From: an uncultured Planctomycetaceae bacterium
Lineage (GTDB): Bacteria; Planctomycetota; Planctomycetia; Pirellulales; PALSA-1355
Direction: 5' to 3'
NCBI GenBank assembly: GCA_963787355.1
Contig: CAWBCP010000008.1
Coordinates: 16,065 to 80,064 of the forward strand
DNA: 64,000 bases
In this document: one piece after another, positions 56,682-64,000 of the stretch
Position numbering within the stretch: position 1 is the first letter of the stretch
How the letters are laid out: every line of letters begins with the position of its first letter
Program-made: the position numbers and the translations under genes
Notes under the pieces: model-generated
What the model was told of the DNA's origin: nothing
The model's input: only the letters and a program-made list of their open reading frames with translations
Databases searched by the model: none

Positions 56682-58223
56682 ATGAGCAAGGTAGTTCTGT
56701 GGATTGCCGCATTGGCGATCGTGGCGGCCGCCCCGTCGCAAGCCTGGGCCCAGCGAGGCCGCGGCGGCTTTGGCGGCGGATTTGGGGGCGGCAACGTGTT
56801 TCTGCTGGGGCAGAAGTCGGTCCAGGATGAGCTGAAGTTGTCCGAGGACCAGGCGAAGCAAGCCACGGCGCTGACCGAAAAACAGTGCGCCTCGATGGCC
56901 GGCCTCCGCGACCTCGGCCAGGAAGAGCGCCGCGCCAAGTTTCAGGAGCAGGCCAAGGAGAGCGACAAGGAAATCGCCACCATCCTCAAGCCCGAGCAGC
57001 TCACGCGGTTCAAGGAAATCGCGCTGCAGCAGCGCGGCCCGGCGGCGTACGCCGATCCGGAGGTGCAGAAGGTGTTGAACCTGACAGCCGAGCAGAAGGA
57101 GAAGATCGGCGAGATTCAACAGAGCATGGCCACCAAGCGCCGCGAAGCCTTTCAGGCTGGCGCCGGCGGTGATCGGGCCGAAGCCCGCAAGAAAATGGAA
57201 GCGCTCAATGCCAGCACGGCTGAAGAGATTCAAGGCGTGTTGACCAGCGAGCAGAAGGAGAAGTTCAAGACGCTGACCGGCGCGGCGTTCAAGGGCGAGA
57301 TCACGCGGCCGCAGTTCCGTGGCGGCGGGGCCGGTGGTCGCGGTCGCGGGAATGCCGCCGCGCCGTTGCGGCACGAACATTTCAGCCTGGCCAGCGCCGC
57401 GCCGCCCACCGAGGCGGCCGGCCAGCCCGTGGCCGACGAGGCGAGCGCCGAGCGCCGCACGGCCGACGACAAGGCTGCCGACGACGACAAGGCACCAGCC
57501 AAGCCGGCCACACCGGGCGGCGCGCGCGACGGCATGCGTGGCCGCGGCATGCATGGTCCGGGCCCCGCCTTCGGCGGCGGGTCGCGGCGTGGTCGTGGTC
57601 CTGGCTTTGCGCCGGGCGGACCTGGTCGCGGTCCGCAAGCGTTTGCCGGCTGGCATCGGCATCGGCACCATCGCCGCCACCATCGCTACGCGGGCCCAGC
57701 TTTCGCGCAAGGGCGCGGTGGGCAGTTCGGCGGCGCTTGGGGTCATCATCGCCACGGCGGCCCGCACTGGGGCTACGCAGCCCGCGGTCCTGGACAGGGG
57801 CGCGGATGGCACGGCCACGCGCACGGCCGCGGCGGGCACGGTTTCCATCACGGTTACCATCACGGCCACCGGCAGTTTGCCGCGGCGCAGGGTCCGCACG
57901 GCTTCGGTCCGCACGCCATGGGTCCGCACGCCATGGGTCCGCACGCCATGGGTCCGCACGCCATGGGGCCGCGCGGTTTCGGCGGACGCGGCGTTCACGG
58001 CGGTCCGGCAGCCGGGCAACACGATGGCCACGCATTTGCCGGCGGTCCGCGCGGTGGACACGGCGGCCATCCTTTCGCCGCGCACGGTCGGCATGGCGGC
58101 CCTCCGCACCACATGGCCAGTTGGCGGCACCACCCGCAAGGTCATGGGCCCGGCCACGATCGCGGTCCGCGAGATCATCGCCCAGGCGACCGTCGCGGTG
58201 ACAGCGAGCGGGGAGGCGATTGA
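56682..58223 (+). CDS. Secreted Spy/CpxP/ZraP-like LTXXQ-motif protein with a very long His/Gly-rich tail
   Basis: Signal peptide MSKVVLWIAALAIVAAAPSQAWA. Four L-[ST/K]-x-x-Q helices (LSEDQ, LKPEQ, LTAEQ, LTSEQ). About 38 His (my count) in the last 185 residues or so. Confidence 0.6.
   Translation: MSKVVLWIAALAIVAAAPSQAWAQRGRGGFGGGFGGGNVFLLGQKSVQDELKLSEDQAKQATALTEKQCASMAGLRDLGQEERRAKFQEQAKESDKEIATILKPEQLTRFKEIALQQRGPAAYADPEVQKVLNLTAEQKEKIGEIQQSMATKRREAFQAGAGGDRAEARKKMEALNASTAEEIQGVLTSEQKEKFKTLTGAAFKGEITRPQFRGGGAGGRGRGNAAAPLRHEHFSLASAAPPTEAAGQPVADEASAERRTADDKAADDDKAPAKPATPGGARDGMRGRGMHGPGPAFGGGSRRGRGPGFAPGGPGRGPQAFAGWHRHRHHRRHHRYAGPAFAQGRGGQFGGAWGHHRHGGPHWGYAARGPGQGRGWHGHAHGRGGHGFHHGYHHGHRQFAAAQGPHGFGPHAMGPHAMGPHAMGPHAMGPRGFGGRGVHGGPAAGQHDGHAFAGGPRGGHGGHPFAAHGRHGGPPHHMASWRHHPQGHGPGHDRGPRDHRPGDRRGDSERGGD
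57891..57965. repeat. 15-bp tandem repeat GGTCCGCACGCCATG x4 (57906-57965) plus one degenerate copy (57891-57905); encodes GPHAM repeats
   Basis: Read directly; four perfect copies. Confidence 0.9.
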
Positions 58224-58266
58224 GCGCCACGGTGCGCCGAAGTCATCCACGGACGCTCTGAGAAGA

Positions 58267-58315
58267 GGCTCGGTCGTGCAACAAGAAGCGCGGCCGAGCC
58301 TTGTGCGTTTTTCTG
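58267..58315 (+). terminator. Rho-independent terminator candidate after the His-rich protein gene
   Basis: 12-bp stem GGCTCGGTCGTG / CGCGGCCGAGCC (two G-U pairs), 10-nt loop, then TTGTGCGTTTTTCTG. Confidence 0.5.
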
Positions 58316-58536
58316 ATCGAGCCGCGGGCGCCGGGCGCGGTTTTTCCGGGGATTACCGCGATGCTATCACGCCAGGCCGATGCCGGCGCCAATTGTGGTA
58401 ATGCAAGGTGTGCGGTCGCGGCAGTTCGGCGGCACGCACGCGCGGCGGCCACTTGACTTGGTTTGCCAGGTCCCCATACTCAGCACGTATACCAACGGCA
58501 TGCCCTAAGGGGCCGACCACGGCGCGTGTAACCAAC

Positions 58537-58602
58537 GGGGTGCCACTGCTGGCTTGTCCGGCAGTGCCGAGCGCACCGGTAGACGAGCCGCCCGTGGCAC
58601 CC
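58537..58602. repeat. Two REP-like hairpin modules
   Basis: GGGGTGCCACTGCTGGCTTGTCCGGCAGTGC and CACCGGTAGACGAGCCGCCCGTGGCACCC. Confidence 0.7.
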
Positions 58603-58656
58603 GACAGATTGCGACCGTCGGTCCACCGGCGCGGCGGTGTGGCGGATTCGCCGTAA

Positions 58657-59613
<957 letters not shown>

Positions 59614-59789
59614 TGCGTGCGCGGCGGCGGAGCTGCCGACGGCGATCACCTTTCAGGACGAACGGTAGCGCGGGCGATTGCTAGCGGCGCTAGCACCGTC
59701 GGTGCGGTCCACGAGGCGATTTTTTGCGCCGGCGTTTCGCCTCACAAAACGTGCGGCGGCCGCCCAGAGACACAAAATAGCCGCTGGCG

Positions 59790-59818
59790 TTGACAGTCGA
59801 AAAACACTGGGGTAGAGT
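59790..59818 (+). promoter_or_regulatory. Strong sigma-70-like promoter candidate (TTGACA-17-TAGAGT) with no adjacent ORF
   Basis: Perfect -35, 17-nt spacer, 4/6 -10. The next convincing start codon is 60267. Confidence 0.35.
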
Positions 59819-60266
59819 CCCCGACTTGTTTCTCAGGAACTTACGTTTTCGACAGGCACGGAGCACGCCAGCAAACTGGCCGAGTGTGATAGGTGAGTCG
59901 AACTGGGCGGCTGCGTTTGGAGTCTTGTTTTCAACGAGTCTCGCCATGTTGCTCGTCAACTCGCTTGTGGGTGCGCTGGGGGGGCGGCCGTGTGCCGCCG
60001 ATCGCCCCTGGCGGCCAACTCTGGTGCCAACCCGCGAAAGGATCGCAGCTGCCGGGCCGTTCCCGCGCTGGCCATCGTCTGCCAGCTTGTCCCCCCTCGT
60101 TTCTCCTGCGCGGCGCGGTCTTTGCCACGTTCACGCGCCGCCCCGCTGCGTTCCCTGCGGCCACTGGATTGGCTCGATGAGCCCGTAGCATGAGCCCCCA
60201 CCTCCAAGGCCGCTCGAAGCCGGCACGATTTTTACGACCCACCCTGACCCTGGTGAACACCACGAA

Positions 60267-60992
60267 ATGAATCGCCTGCAAAATCTGGTTGACGACGAAT
60301 TGACGGCGCTGTTGCCGCCGGGGTTGGCCGAGGAGCCGGCCGCCCGGTATCTCGACGAATCCCAGGACGTTCACGCGATTTTCACGCCCCTGCACTACGA
60401 GCGCAACTACGCCTATCCGCTCGTGGTCTGGTTGCACGGGCCCGACGACGACGAGCGGCAAGTGACGCGGATCATGCCGATGGTCAGTGCGCGGAACTAC
60501 GTGGGCGTGGGTCCGCGGGGCACGCTCGAAAGCGCCGCTCCGCTGGGCGGTTTCCGTTGGTCGCAGCGCCCGCGGCACATCGCGCTGGCCGAGCGAGGCG
60601 TGTTGGCGGCGGTCGCCGAGGCGCGGCGCTGGCTCAACATCGCGCCGGAGCGGATTTTCGTGGCCGGCTTCGGCTGCGGCGGCACGATGGCCTTTCGCAT
60701 GGCGCTCGACCACCCGCGGCTGTTTGCCGGCGTGTTGTCGATCGGCGGCGCCCTGCCCACCACGCAGCGACCGTTTGCGCAACTGCACGGCGCGCGGCGG
60801 CTGCGCGTGTTTCTGGCCAGCGGGCGCTACAGCCAGCAGTGCCCCGAGCAGCGAGTCTGCGACAACCTGCGTCTGCTGCACGCGGCCGGCATGTCGATCA
60901 ACCTGCGGCAGTATCCCTGCGGCGACGAGCTGACCACGCACATGCTGACCGACATGGACCGCTGGATCATGGAGCAAGTGCTGGAAAGCTAG
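60267..60992 (+). CDS. Alpha/beta hydrolase, phospholipase/carboxylesterase-like (nucleophile motif atypical)
   Basis: Intact 241 aa. YPLVVWLHGPDDD and IFVAGFGCGGTMAF where GFSQGG would be expected. Confidence 0.6.
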   Translation: MNRLQNLVDDELTALLPPGLAEEPAARYLDESQDVHAIFTPLHYERNYAYPLVVWLHGPDDDERQVTRIMPMVSARNYVGVGPRGTLESAAPLGGFRWSQRPRHIALAERGVLAAVAEARRWLNIAPERIFVAGFGCGGTMAFRMALDHPRLFAGVLSIGGALPTTQRPFAQLHGARRLRVFLASGRYSQQCPEQRVCDNLRLLHAAGMSINLRQYPCGDELTTHMLTDMDRWIMEQVLES

Positions 60993-61059
60993 CTGTCGAC
61001 GCGAAGGACGCCTGGCGGCTTGGCACGAATGGCAGCCGCGCGCGACGATCCGAAAGCGG

Positions 61060-61329
61060 CACTGCCGGACAAGCCACCGAGTGGCACCCGGCGCTGAATT
61101 GTCCGAACCTAGCCACGGGTGCGACGGAACGCCGTTAACCGTGACATTCTCGGGTGGCACTGGCATCTTGCCCGTGCAGCCCATGCCATGGCGCCGCCTT
61201 GCACTGGCGAGACGCCAGTGCCACCGATAAAAGCGGGGCAAGCAAAGGTTAACGGCGTCGGGTGCCACGGGCGACTGCGTAGCAGACACCCGTGATTTTG
61301 AACTGCTGGGCAAGCCGGCAGTGGCACCC
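61060..61329. repeat. Cluster of five REP-like hairpin modules (composite; paralogous to 16252-16380 and 2311-2377)
   Basis: Modules at 61060-61089, 61152-61177, 61201-61224, 61259-61294 and 61301-61329. Confidence 0.75.
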
Positions 61330-61951
61330 TGCACGGTCCAAAGCAAAGACGGGTGCGCCGCTTCGCGGGCACCCGTCGACACGCACGTTCCATGATTCTG
61401 TTGGCGAGGGCGTCGTTTAGCGCTGGCTCGTGTGCGGCTTCAGCGCCGATGAACCGGGCCACGACGCCGCTTTTGGCGCCGGTCGCTTCCTCGGGAATCG
61501 GCAACAGCGGCGGCTCGTTGGCGGCGCTGCCTTCGTCGGGCGGCGCAGGCGCGGCGGGCGCGGACGGAGCGGGCATCGATGGCGGTGTTTGCCGGGTGCA
61601 GGCCGGGCACACGTTCTCCACGACCCAGCGGTACGACGGCACTTCCTTGACTTCCTCGTGCTTGACCAGCTTCTTGCGCATGCGCACCGTGGCGCAGGTC
61701 GGCGTGTAGACGTGCTTCTTGCAGCCGCACTCGTCGTAGGTCACGCAGTGATCGCTGGGGCCCGGAACGCAGACGTCTTCGCATTCGCAGCCGTAGGTCA
61801 CCTTGCTGACCTTCTTGGTTTCGCAGATCAGCCGGCAAACTTTCTGGCACTCGCACTGGCAACCGCAGTGCTCGCAGCAATCGGCCGCGGCGCGGCTGGT
61901 CCAAGCCAAGGCCAGCGTCAGCGCCAGGGCCGAAAAGATGATCGTTTTCAT
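61109..61951 (-). CDS. Cys-rich secreted protein (hypothetical); the true 3' end is probably near 61420, because the ORF as given reads through a terminator hairpin and the repeat cluster
   Basis: Signal peptide MKTIIFSALALTLALAWTSRAAA. 17 Cys in about 95 residues (DCCEHCGCQCECQKVCRLIC..., GCECEDVC, ECGC, VCPAC). Both alternative frames stop near 61420-61450. Confidence 0.5.
   Translation of the reverse strand: MKTIIFSALALTLALAWTSRAAADCCEHCGCQCECQKVCRLICETKKVSKVTYGCECEDVCVPGPSDHCVTYDECGCKKHVYTPTCATVRMRKKLVKHEEVKEVPSYRWVVENVCPACTRQTPPSMPAPSAPAAPAPPDEGSAANEPPLLPIPEEATGAKSGVVARFIGAEAAHEPALNDALANRIMERACRRVPAKRRTRLCFGPCRVPLPACPAVQNHGCLLRSRPWHPTPLTFACPAFIGGTGVSPVQGGAMAWAARARCQCHPRMSRLTAFRRTRG
61338..61377 (-). 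terminator. Rho-independent terminator candidate for the Cys-rich protein gene
   Basis: On the minus strand: GACGGGTGC, 12-nt loop, GCACCCGTC, followed by TTTGCTTTGG. Confidence 0.45.
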
Positions 61952-62407
61952 GCTACAGTTCCTTGTGCGCCGCGCCGTCGATCTGACTGGGATCTGGCCG
62001 ACGCCCCCACCTCCGTGCCCGACGGCTCCTGGCTGTTATGTTCATCGGGCGTGGCAGAAGACGGGCTTTCCCTTTGATCGCCTGGCGCCGCAAGCTTTCG
62101 CCTGCCGGTAGAACGTTCACCGCGCGACTCTTTCTAGGCGGAAAGGTCGCCGATATGATGGTCGTGGGGCCGGTCGGGTTTCAACGATGAGGCCACGTTG
62201 GTCCGGTTATGCCTACGGATCGCGTGGGCGCGACTTCGCCGAACGTGCGGAACGAGCGGCGAAGCACGTTGCCGACCTGCCTTTCGAGCGATCAAATTTC
62301 AGGTGAACAGCCGGGGCGGCTTCGAGCCGAGCGGCGTTGGCCCCCGGTCGTGGTTGTCGATACGCTTGGTTTCTTGTACTTCGCGGCCGCGTGAGAGGTA
62401 AGGCGTC

Positions 62408-64000
<1,593 letters not shown>

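Noticed and set aside
56274-58250. 658-aa minus-strand ORF
   Set aside because: It lies antisense to the signal-peptide-bearing LTXXQ/His-rich gene. The composition is Ala/Arg/Val-rich, with no start context and no motifs.
59825-60266. tmRNA (TTTCGACAGGCACGG resembles the 5' tmRNA region), RNase P RNA or SRP RNA
   Set aside because: There is no GGGG acceptor start, no T-arm/CCA-type 3' end, no tag reading frame, and none of the conserved RNase P (GAGGAAAGTCCGGG) or SRP (GGAAGCAGCC) cores.

Overview
High-GC bacterial chromosomal segment, roughly two-thirds G+C by eye. The gene content points to Planctomycetota, probably Pirellulales-like (inference): a DUF1559 H-X9-DG pilin-like protein, a PEP-CTERM protein, a DUF1573 protein, TPR lipoproteins and GTGGCACCC-type hairpin repeats. 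Most genes are core metabolism and information processing. In order they are: an ECF sigma/anti-sigma pair; an AGXT-type aminotransferase plus serA; a GNAT / proline-dehydrogenase-like / cupin operon; tpx; the glycine cleavage operon gcvT-H-PA-PB; rnr and a YhaM-like exoribonuclease; proS; an envelope cluster (DUF4416, WecA/MraY-family transferase, O-antigen-ligase/TPR protein, DUF1573 protein, lipoprotein tetrahaem cytochrome); ridA, leuD, leuC; a PhyH-like dioxygenase; an OmpR-type regulator with its histidine kinase; a thioredoxin-serine protease fusion; a lower-GC three-gene operon (Cys/His-rich membrane protein, DUF1559 protein, PEP-CTERM protein); a histidine phosphatase; yebC; a large TPR protein; nusA-infB-rbfA; an orphan MalK-like ATPase; rpmF-fabD-fabG-acpP-fabF; a ZraP/Spy-like His-rich periplasmic protein; mdh; an alpha/beta hydrolase; a Cys-rich secreted protein; and a 3'-truncated acyl-CoA dehydrogenase. 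I recognised no rRNA, tRNA, CRISPR array, transposase, integrase or phage genes. Two themes stand out. First, about 24 of about 55 genes, including essential ones, can only be read with one or more single-base frame changes, which looks like indel error in the assembly rather than gene decay. Second, the intergenic DNA holds several families of hairpin and palindromic repeats. The most system-like candidate for new biology is the operon at 37.4-39.6 kb, which I tentatively read as a cell-surface copper/metal-handling module. All family assignments are from reading motifs by eye; no database search was possible.
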